DNA of 64,000 nucleotides. It comes from Promethearchaeota archaeon (GTDB lineage Archaea > Asgardarchaeota > Lokiarchaeia > Sigyniarchaeales > SOKP01). This document shows positions 10,050-19,656 of the stretch, piece by piece. Positions within the stretch are counted from its first letter, which is position 1, and each line of letters opens with the position of its first letter. The position numbers and the translations under genes are program-made. Location of the stretch: positions 1-64,000 of the forward strand of contig JAHPZI010000010.1 of assembly GCA_019058295.1 (NCBI GenBank). Direction: 5' to 3'. The notes beneath the pieces were generated by a model, which was not told where the DNA came from, made no database searches, and saw only the letters and a program-made list of their open reading frames with translations.

Positions 10050-10574
10050 TTAGGAAGATTTTGCACAACTGATCATTTTAAAGGGACAAATTTTTATATA
10101 ATCATCAAATTTTTTTTGTCTTAAATAATCCTTGAAAGTTTGAGTAAAAATTTCTTCCATAGTATCTATTCCCGAATTTAATCCCTTCATATCTTTTGCT
10201 AAAAGAAGCATAAATTTCGTGCTAGATTCAAGATAAAAGCATTTAGAGAGAAGTTTTGCTTCTACATCAGAATTGGCTTCAATAATTTGGTTGGTTTCTT
10301 TTATTATTTTATTATCAGTAAATATTATTATTAAAAGATTCTCAGAATAAATTTCTTTTAAATAAGAATCTCTTATTCCCGCAGCTACTAGGGAAGTTTT
10401 TAAATATCTAAGGAAGAGATTTTGAAGACGGTTGAGTTCCTTTCGAAACATGTTTTTGTTATGATAAAAAGAGAATTCATTGCTCAACTTTAAAGGTTCT
10501 TCATCACCATATATAATTTCTTTAGGTGGAATTTTAAACTCATATTCTTTAATATAATCTGACACGATTTTCAT
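10050..10574 (-). CDS. Hypothetical protein resembling the non-catalytic N-terminal domain of GH20 hexosaminidases
   Basis: IPPKEI.YG at the start and FYLESS..FMLLLAKDMKGLNSGIDTMEEI resembles the ExYxL...IxIxA...GxFYGxQTLxQ pattern. Confidence 0.45.
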   Translation of the reverse strand: MKIVSDYIKEYEFKIPPKEIIYGDEEPLKLSNEFSFYHNKNMFRKELNRLQNLFLRYLKTSLVAAGIRDSYLKEIYSENLLIIIFTDNKIIKETNQIIEANSDVEAKLLSKCFYLESSTKFMLLLAKDMKGLNSGIDTMEEIFTQTFKDYLRQKKFDDYIKICPFKMISCAKSS

Positions 10575-10711
10575 TCACTATTTTTTAAAATTTTTCTGGA
10601 AATATTAATTTAAAGTGAGTAATTGTTTTTTAATTAAAATAGAATTTAATTTCTAAAAAATTTCTTGGTTATAATTTATTATGTAAAGTTAAAGACAATA
10701 AGAAAAACATC

Positions 10712-11698
10712 ATGAAATTAGGGACTTTAAAATTAGAAAATAACTTTGTCTTAGCACCTATGCAAAATGTGACTACAGGACCTTACAGAAGGTTTTGTAG
10801 AAATTTTTATAAAATCGGGTTAGTTTGCGTCCCAATGATTTATACAAAAGGTATTGTGAGTAGCCCTAAATCATTTGAGCATGAATTATATAAAATTGAA
10901 AAAGAAAGACCTATAAGTGTTCAATTAATTGGTTCAGATCCGGAAGCTCTAAAAAAATCAATAGAATATCTTGAGAGCTATAAATTTGACGTGTTAGATA
11001 TTAACGCAGGATGTCCTTCTAAAAGAGCTATTAGAGCAAAACAAGGTGGTTATTTAATAGATGATTTTAAAAAATTAAAAGGATTATTAGAAATTGCTGT
11101 AAAATTTTCTTCAAGACCAGTTTCTTTAAAAACTAGAACTGGATTTAAAAAAAACTTTGATTTAATTACTTTTAAAGATATCGTTAATGACTCTGGTATA
11201 GAATTTTTAACAGTTCACGCAAGAACAGTAAAAGATAGATCTAATATTTCGGCTATTGATTTAGATTTCATTAAAATATTAAAAGAATCAATTTCAATTC
11301 CCTTAATAGGAAATGGAGATATAATTAATCCAAAATTCGCAAAATATTTTATGGATTACACTAATGTCGATGCAATCATGATAGGTAGAGGCACATTGGG
11401 AAATCCAGAACTTTTTTATCAAATTTACGAATATTTCACAAAAGGGAGGGAAATCCCCTTTATAAATAACAAAACTTTAATGAGAGAGCGTGTAGAACTC
11501 TACAAAAGAGTGCTTGACGATTTTGTAGATGGAACAAAGTTTCAATTTCCTTTAGAAGAATATAAATTCATAGAATTAAAAAGAAATTCAATTTGGTTAA
11601 CAAAAAATATCAAAAATTCTACAGATCTCAGAAGAAAATTAAGTGAGACCCGGAATTTAAGGCAATTAAAATTAGTTTTGGAAGATATTTTTAATTAG
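10712..11698 (+). CDS. dus: tRNA-dihydrouridine synthase
   Basis: LAPM, VQLIGSDP, DINAGCP, SLKTR, TVHART, IGNGDI, MIGRG. Confidence 0.93.
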   Translation: MKLGTLKLENNFVLAPMQNVTTGPYRRFCRNFYKIGLVCVPMIYTKGIVSSPKSFEHELYKIEKERPISVQLIGSDPEALKKSIEYLESYKFDVLDINAGCPSKRAIRAKQGGYLIDDFKKLKGLLEIAVKFSSRPVSLKTRTGFKKNFDLITFKDIVNDSGIEFLTVHARTVKDRSNISAIDLDFIKILKESISIPLIGNGDIINPKFAKYFMDYTNVDAIMIGRGTLGNPELFYQIYEYFTKGREIPFINNKTLMRERVELYKRVLDDFVDGTKFQFPLEEYKFIELKRNSIWLTKNIKNSTDLRRKLSETRNLRQLKLVLEDIFN

Positions 11699-11708
11699 AA
11701 GTTAAAAT

Positions 11709-12728
11709 CTATTTATACTTCTTTAAAAGTTCATCATGGGAAAAAACACCATCTTCAGTTATGACCCCCGTAACCAATCTAAATGGAGTAATATCAAAAG
11801 CATAATTTAAACAATCAACCCCATCAGGAACAATTTGAACTTCATTCAAAACACAACTTACTTCTTTACTATCTCTTTGCTCAATTGTGACATCATCAAC
11901 AGTCTCCTGAAGAGATAATGTGGAAGTTGGTGCCGCTACGTAAAATGGAATGTTATTATCTTTCGCTGCTAATGCAACTAAATAAGTGCCTATTTTATTA
12001 AATACAGCATCAGAAGTTACACGGTCAGTGCCAACAATAACTTTATTTATTTTTCCTAATCTCATTATTAATCCTGACGAAGTATCTGAAATAACCTTGA
12101 CTGGAATCTTATCGTATTGAAGTTCATAGGCCGTAAGGCGAGCACCCTGCAGTCTTGGTCGTGTTTCATCAGCGATTACGCTAATCTTTTTTCCTCCTTC
12201 AATAGCAGCTCTTACAGGAGCTAAAGCAGTACCATATTGAACTGTTGCGAGTGACCCTGCATTACAATGCGTTAAAACAACATCTCCATCATCTAATAAA
12301 GCAGCTCCGTTTTTACCAATATTTTTATTTACATTGATATCTTCTTGAGCCATTAATTTTGCTTCTTCTATTACAAGTTCAGATATATTTGAGGGATTGT
12401 CTGGATATTTACTTATAATTTTCCAAATTCTATCTACTGCCCAAAATAGATTTGAAGCAGTTGGGCGAGTCTTTCTTATTACTTCAGCAGCTTCTTCCAT
12501 TTTTTTAAGAAAAGGCTCTTTTGGCAGTTCTTTATATTCAATAGTAGCAAGTGCCATTCCCATCGCTGCGGCTACTCCAATCGCAGGAGCCCCTCTGATA
12601 TTCATAACCTTAATAGAAGTTGCTACATCTCGATAATTGTCAAACTCTAAGAATTTAAGTTCTCGAGGGAGTATAGTTTGATCAATCATCTTAACTTTAT
12701 TATTTACCCATTCAATTGAAGGAATCAT
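11709..12728 (-). CDS. mtnA: S-methyl-5-thioribose-1-phosphate isomerase (eIF2B-like family)
   Basis: IDQTILP, IRGAPAIG, TRPTA, LTHCNAGSLAT, DETRP, NKIGTY, FDITP. Confidence 0.95.
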   Translation of the reverse strand: MIPSIEWVNNKVKMIDQTILPRELKFLEFDNYRDVATSIKVMNIRGAPAIGVAAAMGMALATIEYKELPKEPFLKKMEEAAEVIRKTRPTASNLFWAVDRIWKIISKYPDNPSNISELVIEEAKLMAQEDINVNKNIGKNGAALLDDGDVVLTHCNAGSLATVQYGTALAPVRAAIEGGKKISVIADETRPRLQGARLTAYELQYDKIPVKVISDTSSGLIMRLGKINKVIVGTDRVTSDAVFNKIGTYLVALAAKDNNIPFYVAAPTSTLSLQETVDDVTIEQRDSKEVSCVLNEVQIVPDGVDCLNYAFDITPFRLVTGVITEDGVFSHDELLKKYK

Positions 12729-12857
12729 AATTATTTAGAATATTTTAAGCTTTAAAAAATTAGATTTGAATAATAGAAAATATTTAATTTTATTATAAAT
12801 CAAAGGATTGAAGGAAAAAGAGGAATTAAATAGAAGTTTCATATATAAAATTGAATA

Positions 12858-13061
12858 ATGACTACTAATTTGACTATTGTTAAATCACCAATTATATCTT
12901 GTTCGCGAAGAACCGACATTCCCGCATTTTTAATGGACTGGGTTATAGAAAAAATAAAAATCGGCTATGTTGATGTTGTTAATCCATTTAACCGAAAACA
13001 GATATCTCGAGTCTCACTTATGCCTGATGATGTGAAATGTTGGGTTTGGTTAACAATATAA
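12858..13061 (+). pseudogene. Truncated DUF1848-family gene (N-terminal ~60 aa only)
   Basis: IISCSRRTDIPAF...VVNPFN.KQISRVSL.PDDV matches the start of 14595..15485, but the frame stops just before the W(S/T)K motif. Confidence 0.8.
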
Positions 13062-13224
13062 AATATTTATAAATCTTGTGAGAGTTATGTTATAAAAAAA
13101 GAAAAGTATTATATACATTAATCAATAAAAGGAATGATGGCAAATAAATAATATCAAGACTTTTGAGGATGCTAAGGATATAGAACATTGGAACATCTGG
13201 TTCACAAATCAGATTCGTAAGATT

Positions 13225-14499
13225 ATGAAGAATCAATCTAATGATAAAATAAAACTCCTTTTAAAACCATATTTTACTTCATTTCGCAGAATGAGCAAAT
13301 TTTTTGGTTTACCATACCATTATATCCCAGCTCAAAGGATGAAAAAATATGCTAAAAAAGCTATTGCTGTAAAAAAACTAAACGTAATGAGAGCTTCTAT
13401 GAAAAAAAATTTTTCCATTTTAAAAAAGCAGCACATAGATATTATTAAGGATTTAAAGAATGTTGAAAATGAAATTATTAATTGTGTTAATCTTTATGAA
13501 GAAATTTTTAATCCTAAGCCGACACCACATTCACAAATAAAATATTACCATCCAAATTTAGATTTGAATTATTTTAAAGACATAAATACTATTGAAAAAG
13601 CATATTGGCTAGGATTTTTATTCGCTGATGGATGGATTGCTATTGATATAAAACAATCTGGAAGATATTTTCGTATAGGATTTGGACAAAAATCAGAAGA
13701 TAAAGAAAGGTTAATTGCATTTTGCAAAGCACTAGGACTTAATAAAAACCTTATTAAAGATTATGATATCCATAATGATGAGGGAAAGGTTTATCATTAT
13801 TCAGAAATTCGGTTTTTATCAGGAAATATAGAGTGGGAAAATAGTATGGCCAAACACTTAATAAACTGGGGCATATCTTACGATATTGGGAAGAATGGAA
13901 AACGAGTTAAGATACCCAATTTACCTGATTTGAAATATGAAAAACTAATGTTAGCCTTTCTTTTAGGATTATATGATGGAGATGGTTCATTACGCAAATA
14001 TACCTCTCCTCAAGGAAAAATTAACGTAAGTCCTCACATATGCTCAGCAAATGGTGTTTTTCTTGAAAAAATAAGGAATTACTATAAAATTGAGAATGAA
14101 GTTATTCTTACTAAAATAGAAAAGTTCGATTATGAAACTGGAAAAATAAAGGTACTAAAATTATACGGACTTTCCTTAGGACCTCATTTGTTCGATAAAA
14201 TGATGTCAGTAATGAAAAACTCAATGAAACGTAAACGAGCGTCATTAAAATCCTTTTCTATTACATCACAAAGAAAGTGGTTGTTGAAAGTCTTACCTAA
14301 AGAAAAATTTGAAAAAATTCTGAAAAATCTACCAACATATAGGATAGCAGAACTTTTAGGTCTTTCTCATAATGTTATTAAACGATTTGTTAAAAATGTA
14401 TATGGTCTTGAAATCCCCGTACGTAGGGATGTTACTAAGGATGAAAAAAAATATTGGATTAAATATTTAGATAAAATTGGAAGATATCCAAATAAATGA
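13225..14499 (+). mobile_element. Free-standing double-motif LAGLIDADG homing endonuclease-like gene with C-terminal HTH
   Basis: YFKDINTIEKAYWLGFLFADG and AFLLGLYDGDGS motifs; TYRIAELLGLSHNVIKR HTH. Confidence 0.85.
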
Positions 14500-14594
14500 G
14501 TTTTGGAAATTGATATCCCTTATTTGAATTATCTAAGAAATTATAATAATAGAAAATATAATCTTTGTACAACTAGTTAATATAGAATTATGAA

Positions 14595-15485
14595 ATGAAG
14601 CAAATAATTAGTTTTAGTCGGAGAACGGATGGCATCGCTTTTTATATTGACCGTCTTGAAAAAGCTATTGAAGAAGAAGTAATTGAAGTTAGGAATCCTA
14701 TTAATAAAAAAGTTAGTTCAGTCTCCCTTAAACCGCGAGATGTAGCTGGATTTGTATTATGGTCGAAAGATTTCCATAACTTTTTAAAGAAATGGGATAT
14801 ATTTTCGAAATATACACCCTCTACTCTTTTTTCAAATGAGACGATACCAGTCTATTTTCAATTCACGCGTAATTCTTCTGTGAAGGTTCTCGAACCTTTA
14901 GCACCTCCTCTTGAAAAGAGTTTTTCCCAATTAGATGAATTAATTGAAATTACTTCTTCAGATCATATAATGTGGCGATTTGATCCTATTGTTTTTTGGA
15001 AAGAGTATGATGTCCTATTTGACAACATTAAAGATTTTAAAGAAATAGCAATACATTTTGCCGATGCGGGTGTACAAAAATGTACCATCTCATTTGCCAC
15101 TTATTATAAGAAAGTAGAACAGCGTATGAAAAAATACTCATTTAATTATTATAAACCAAGTATAAAAGAAATGATTAAAACAGCGAATAAACTCATTAAA
15201 ATAGCTAATCAGTATAAGATTAAGATTTATACTTGTTGTAATCCCGATTTATTAAAGATACCAGAAATATCTCAAGCCCACTGTATTGATGGAAATTATC
15301 TAAGTAAATTATGGAATGCCAAAGTTTCTTTAGCAAAAGATTCAGGACAACGAGAATCATGTGGGTGCACTAAAAGTCGAGATATCGGAGGATATGACAA
15401 AGAATGGGAATGCCATCATGGATGTCTTTACTGTTATGCTAATCCCAACCATATGATTTATGAACAAAACATAAACCAAAGTTGA
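14595..15485 (+). CDS. DUF1848 family protein (radical-SAM-like, C-terminal Cys cluster)
   Basis: ISFSRRTD, VLWSKD, WRFDPI, CIDG, QRESCGCTKSRDIG, CHHGCLYCYAN. Confidence 0.9.
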   Translation: MKQIISFSRRTDGIAFYIDRLEKAIEEEVIEVRNPINKKVSSVSLKPRDVAGFVLWSKDFHNFLKKWDIFSKYTPSTLFSNETIPVYFQFTRNSSVKVLEPLAPPLEKSFSQLDELIEITSSDHIMWRFDPIVFWKEYDVLFDNIKDFKEIAIHFADAGVQKCTISFATYYKKVEQRMKKYSFNYYKPSIKEMIKTANKLIKIANQYKIKIYTCCNPDLLKIPEISQAHCIDGNYLSKLWNAKVSLAKDSGQRESCGCTKSRDIGGYDKEWECHHGCLYCYANPNHMIYEQNINQS

Positions 15486-15493
15486 TTTGAAAA

Positions 15494-16201
15494 GTGGAAG
15501 AAATAGAGAAAGTCCTGCAAAATGGTGAAAAAATTCTATGGAAACGGACTAATATTCATAACTTATTGAAAATCTATCCAATCATTATAGGAATAGTCGT
15601 GGTGTCAACATTGTTAATCTTTGGACTATTATATACAAGTATCATTGCGTTTTCTGTTAATAATTTATTAGTAGCCTATTTATTATTATCTCTTTTTTTA
15701 ATTCTTGAGATTGTTTTAGTCCTTTCAGTTACATGGATCTCAATCAAATATCGAAGAAAATGGATTAAAAGATTTCAAAAAACTTCAGAAGAATTAAAAA
15801 ATTACATAGAAATAGATATTATAACCAATAAAAGAATCATAAAGAAAAGCATGATAGAAATTGAAAGATTGGAGAAGTATGTGAAATCTTTTAAAAATTT
15901 TTCAGATTTTTTAAAAATAATAGATATAAAAGATGATATTGTATTTCTTAACCTCGATTATATCGAAGAAGTTATTATTATGGTAGATATCAAAAGAATT
16001 GTTTTTATTATGGAGGATTATAATGACGACCAATTGTTTTATATAGATTTTTTTAAGTTTAAAAATGAGTTTAAAAAAAGCAATATAAATAAGACTTTAA
16101 ATGCGATTAACGACACTATAAATATTTTAAAAGAGATATTACCTCCTGAAAAAATTAATAAAGAGAGTTTAATTCAGTTAAAAGAAAATATGTTAAATTG
16201 A
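15494..16201 (+). CDS. Two-TM membrane protein, possible bacterial PH-like domain
   Basis: LQNGEKILW, two TM helices, IITNKRII. Confidence 0.6.
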   Translation: MEEIEKVLQNGEKILWKRTNIHNLLKIYPIIIGIVVVSTLLIFGLLYTSIIAFSVNNLLVAYLLLSLFLILEIVLVLSVTWISIKYRRKWIKRFQKTSEELKNYIEIDIITNKRIIKKSMIEIERLEKYVKSFKNFSDFLKIIDIKDDIVFLNLDYIEEVIIMVDIKRIVFIMEDYNDDQLFYIDFFKFKNEFKKSNINKTLNAINDTINILKEILPPEKINKESLIQLKENMLN

Positions 16202-16298
16202 AATTTTAATATCTTAATTTATCTTAAATTTTTTACAATACTTTTTATTACAATAGTATATTAATCTATTTTGCGCATAAAATTAATTGTGAGATGGA

Positions 16299-17750
16299 AT
16301 GGACGAGAAACTTAAATTTGGCATAAGTTCGCTTTTAGTGATAATTTTCCAATCTGCATTAAAAATTTATGGTGTGATCATTACAGGTAGTTTAAGTTTC
16401 TTATCTGAAACAGTCGATACAATAGTAGATATTGTTTTTGTATCCATAACTCTTTATTCGATAAAGCATAGTCAAAAACCTCCTGATTATGAACATATGT
16501 GGGGTCATTCGAAAACAGATCCTGTTGGAGCACTAATTCAAGGAATTATTCTAATAAACTTATACATAATTTTGATTTTTTATGCTCTACTGGTTATCAC
16601 TTCTGGAGAATATCAAATCACTTCTCCTGACATCGGGCTACAAATATTAATAATTTCATTTTTAGTAAACATAATTTTTTCAAGAATACTTATATGGCAA
16701 GGAAGACGCAATAAGAGCCCTTCACTTGAAATGCAGGGGTTAAATCTTTTTCAAGATTCAATGCGCGCTATAATTGTCATTATAAGTTTTATATTCGCTT
16801 TAATGGGGACGTTTTTTTTAGATCCATTCTTTAGCATTGTTCTTTCCGTTTGGATTATAATTGGGGCATTTTTTTTAACAAAAAAGGGTGTAAAAGATTT
16901 AACGGACACCAATCCTATTGATTCAATCATTTTAGAAGATATTAGACAAAATATATTTAAACTTGAACATGTAATTGGGGTGGAAGATTTGAGAATAAGA
17001 GCAAGTGGTAAAAATTTATTTTTAGAAACCAACTTATCTGTTGAAGACCATATCTCAGTAATTCATGCTCATGAAATAACTAAATCAATTCGAGCTATGA
17101 GCCAAGTCTTTTTTCCAAATTATAATGTAGAATGCTTAATTGAAATGAATCCATTAGGAGGAGAGGAATCATTAGGACAGAATATTATAAATTTAATCTA
17201 TTCTATGAAAACTGAATTTCCTGATATTTTAAATGTTAAAGATCTTAATGTGTTTAGAATTGAGGATAAATATTTTCTATCTTTGATTATTGTAATTAGT
17301 GATGAGTTTTCCCTAAAGGAGGCTCATGATATTTGTACTAATTTTGAACTTGAACTTAAAAAACAAGCACCATTTTTATCGCGAATAATAACGCATATAG
17401 AAAGTCAATATAAAGAGAAGTTATCTTCTCAAGAATATTGCGAAATTTCGGCCGCAGATTCAGATTCTATCAACGAAATTAAGCGTTATGTTGAAGAAGT
17501 CCTTAGATCAGAACCTTATATTAGAGGTTATCACGGGTTTGAATTTTGGACCACTTATAATTATTGTATTTTAGAGCTACATATATTTTTTGATGGAGAT
17601 GAAAATATATCTCAAGTTCATAATTACTTAAACGATATTGAAAAAAAAATTAGAAACAAATTAAAAATTGATAATTTAAAAGAAATTTTACTTCATTCTG
17701 AACCTTTAAAAGGTCGAACGGGCGGAATTATTTTCGACTCAGAAAAATAA
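16299..17750 (+). CDS. Cation diffusion facilitator with three tandem C-terminal dimerisation domains
   Basis: Six TM, KPPDYEHMWGH; three repeats ending AHEI/AHDI/VHNY...HIE/HSEP. Confidence 0.9.
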   Translation: MDEKLKFGISSLLVIIFQSALKIYGVIITGSLSFLSETVDTIVDIVFVSITLYSIKHSQKPPDYEHMWGHSKTDPVGALIQGIILINLYIILIFYALLVITSGEYQITSPDIGLQILIISFLVNIIFSRILIWQGRRNKSPSLEMQGLNLFQDSMRAIIVIISFIFALMGTFFLDPFFSIVLSVWIIIGAFFLTKKGVKDLTDTNPIDSIILEDIRQNIFKLEHVIGVEDLRIRASGKNLFLETNLSVEDHISVIHAHEITKSIRAMSQVFFPNYNVECLIEMNPLGGEESLGQNIINLIYSMKTEFPDILNVKDLNVFRIEDKYFLSLIIVISDEFSLKEAHDICTNFELELKKQAPFLSRIITHIESQYKEKLSSQEYCEISAADSDSINEIKRYVEEVLRSEPYIRGYHGFEFWTTYNYCILELHIFFDGDENISQVHNYLNDIEKKIRNKLKIDNLKEILLHSEPLKGRTGGIIFDSEK

Positions 17751-17764
17751 AGAATTAAGATTTG

Positions 17765-18868
17765 TTAAAAAGGAAATTTATATTGGTCTAATTCGAGTTC
17801 TTTCTGCATTATTTTAATATCGTTTTGTAAGCTAATATTTAAGGGAATACCTTTTTCGCTTCGCTCAAATTCAGCCATACTTTCTTTCTCACCTGCAGTA
17901 TAAATTCTCTTCGCATTAGGTTCTTTAGGAGAGTTCCTAAGATCTCTCATAATATTACCTGCAGTTTTTTTAAAAGACTCAATCCCTATGAAGCTATCGA
18001 TATTAATAGCTAAGAAAAAATGACCTACTTTTAGTCTTTTTTGCCCTACTTCGACAATACCTAAAGTATCTCTGAGATAGATTCCATTTTGAAGAGCTGC
18101 GGATAATAGTTCAACGATGGTTGCATAACCATAACCTTTATAGCCTGATGTATCCTCGCCTTTGCCTCCTAAAGGGAGTAGAGCTGCTTTTCGTTCAATC
18201 ATCTTTTCTAACACCTTACTTGCCTCAATCATAAATTCCCCATTCTCATCAATAACAGTATTTTCTGGAAGTTTTTTGTCTATCCTGCTATATGATTCAA
18301 CCTTACCCCTTTGTATAATTGAAGTCGCGCAATCAATAAGGAATGGAAAGTTTTCATCAGTTGGCGCACCGATTGTTAAAGGATTAGTACCTAACATTGG
18401 TTCTACTCCAAAAGTGGGAGGAATTGAAGGTCTGGCATTTGTTACAGCTAAGCCAATCATTCCTTCTTTAATTGCCATCAATGAATAATATCCCGCAATA
18501 CCAAAATGAGTCGAATTTCTTACAGCAACCGCACCAAGTCCATATTTTTTAGCTTTTTCAATCGCCATTTTCATTGCTTTATGTGCTATTACATGTCCCA
18601 TACCACAATTACCGTCAAGTAAAGCAGTTGTTGGACCATCCTTAATCACATCTATCTTGGTTTTAACTTCATATATCCCTTCTTTAATTCTGTCATAATA
18701 CATTTTTAGACGTTGAACCCCGTGGGAATCAATGCCTCTCAAATCTGCGGCGATTAAAACATCAGAAATAATCTGAGCATCTTCCTCTGGTACGCCAACA
18801 CCTATAAACACGTCTCTCATAAAATTCTTGAGAGTTTTTGCATCAATAAATTTAACTTCAATCGACAT
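17765..18868 (-). CDS. Ldh_2 family oxidoreductase (malate/L-lactate/sulfolactate dehydrogenase-like)
   Basis: ADLRGIDSHG, NSTHFG, GTNP, GYKGYG, GHFF. Confidence 0.93.
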   Translation of the reverse strand: MSIEVKFIDAKTLKNFMRDVFIGVGVPEEDAQIISDVLIAADLRGIDSHGVQRLKMYYDRIKEGIYEVKTKIDVIKDGPTTALLDGNCGMGHVIAHKAMKMAIEKAKKYGLGAVAVRNSTHFGIAGYYSLMAIKEGMIGLAVTNARPSIPPTFGVEPMLGTNPLTIGAPTDENFPFLIDCATSIIQRGKVESYSRIDKKLPENTVIDENGEFMIEASKVLEKMIERKAALLPLGGKGEDTSGYKGYGYATIVELLSAALQNGIYLRDTLGIVEVGQKRLKVGHFFLAINIDSFIGIESFKKTAGNIMRDLRNSPKEPNAKRIYTAGEKESMAEFERSEKGIPLNISLQNDIKIMQKELELDQYKFPF

Positions 18869-19049
18869 AATTACCCAATTAAAAGAATTTTTACATTAAT
18901 TAAAATTGAATTTAATTTAATAACTAATTCTAATTAATAAATTAAAATCAAGAAAGCAAATTATACTTATTATTATCTGATGAATATATGGATTATAAAT
19001 ATCTACATATTATGTTGTTTTTTGATTTTCCCTTTTATTTTCTTTATTC

Positions 19050-19223
19050 ATGAAGATTAACGATTTGAATAAAAAAGTCGTGCGTCGGTTTTATAAAGAG
19101 ATAACAATTGATAGTGACAATTGTGACGATATTACATATATTTTTCCAGACACAAAGGAATTTATACAGGTACTTAATAGAAAATTCGTGGGTAAGAAAT
19201 TAGCTTCTGAAGAACAGGTTTAA
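19050..19223 (+). CDS. Small hypothetical protein (57 aa)
   Basis: MKINDLNKKVVRRFYKEITIDSDNCDDITYIFPDTKEFIQVLNRKFVGKKLASEEQV in an otherwise empty intergenic gap. Confidence 0.4.
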   Translation: MKINDLNKKVVRRFYKEITIDSDNCDDITYIFPDTKEFIQVLNRKFVGKKLASEEQV

Positions 19224-19317
19224 TCCTATTTAATTCCAGCATAGATAATAAAGAAAAGTTTACTTTTTTCTTAATTTCAATAAATTTTTATTCTTTTAAT
19301 CCTTAATTTGATATGGA

Positions 19318-19610
19318 CCACTTGGGCAGGTCTGAAGTCCCATGCTGGACGGACCGCAAAATGCTCACAGCGGAACTGCCTGATTTAAGGTCTCATGAGT
19401 TGTTATTATCCGGTTTTATGTTCCGGCGAAGCATCGGCCAAATAGGTGGGTGTCAGAACAGTATCTTTTGTAGGAAAGGTATAAGCTCATAATTGCAAAA
19501 CCGATAAGGCCAGGGATGGAGCAGTCGTAAGCATAGATGTTCACGCTTTTTGGTGCGGGTGTGGAGGGGCATAAAAGCAAGGTTATAATTTCAGGATTGA
19601 AGTCAAGAAT
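19318..19610 (+). ncRNA. ffs: Signal recognition particle (7S) RNA, archaeal type
   Basis: GC-rich island. Helix 6 GTATCTTTT-GTAG-GAAAGGTAT (19461-19482, GNAR loop). Helix 8 CGAT-AAGG-CCA-GGGA-TGG-AGCA-GTCG (19502-19527, GNRA loop with SRP54 symmetric loop). Long helix 5 pairings TTTTATGTTCC/GGGGCATAAAA and GTGGGTGTC/GATGTTCAC. Two-hairpin Alu-like 5' domain closed by GGCAG/CTGCC. About 290 nt; ends approximate. Confidence 0.88.
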
Positions 19611-19656
19611 CAGGTTTTTATTATATACTTGTTTTTTAAAATTTTTTGTGATTAAA

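Noticed and set aside
11709-12728. eIF2B subunit as a eukaryotic signature
   Set aside because: THCNAGSLAT and RGAPAIG motifs identify catalytic MtnA
13135-13137. In-frame TGA upstream of the endonuclease as selenocysteine
   Set aside because: An in-frame TAA lies three codons earlier, with no start codon and no Cys-like context
13062-14594. LAGLIDADG region as an intein or self-splicing intron in DUF1848
   Set aside because: Not in frame with the host, no intein terminal residues, and no downstream exon continuing the first DUF1848 (the next gene restarts from its own N-terminus)
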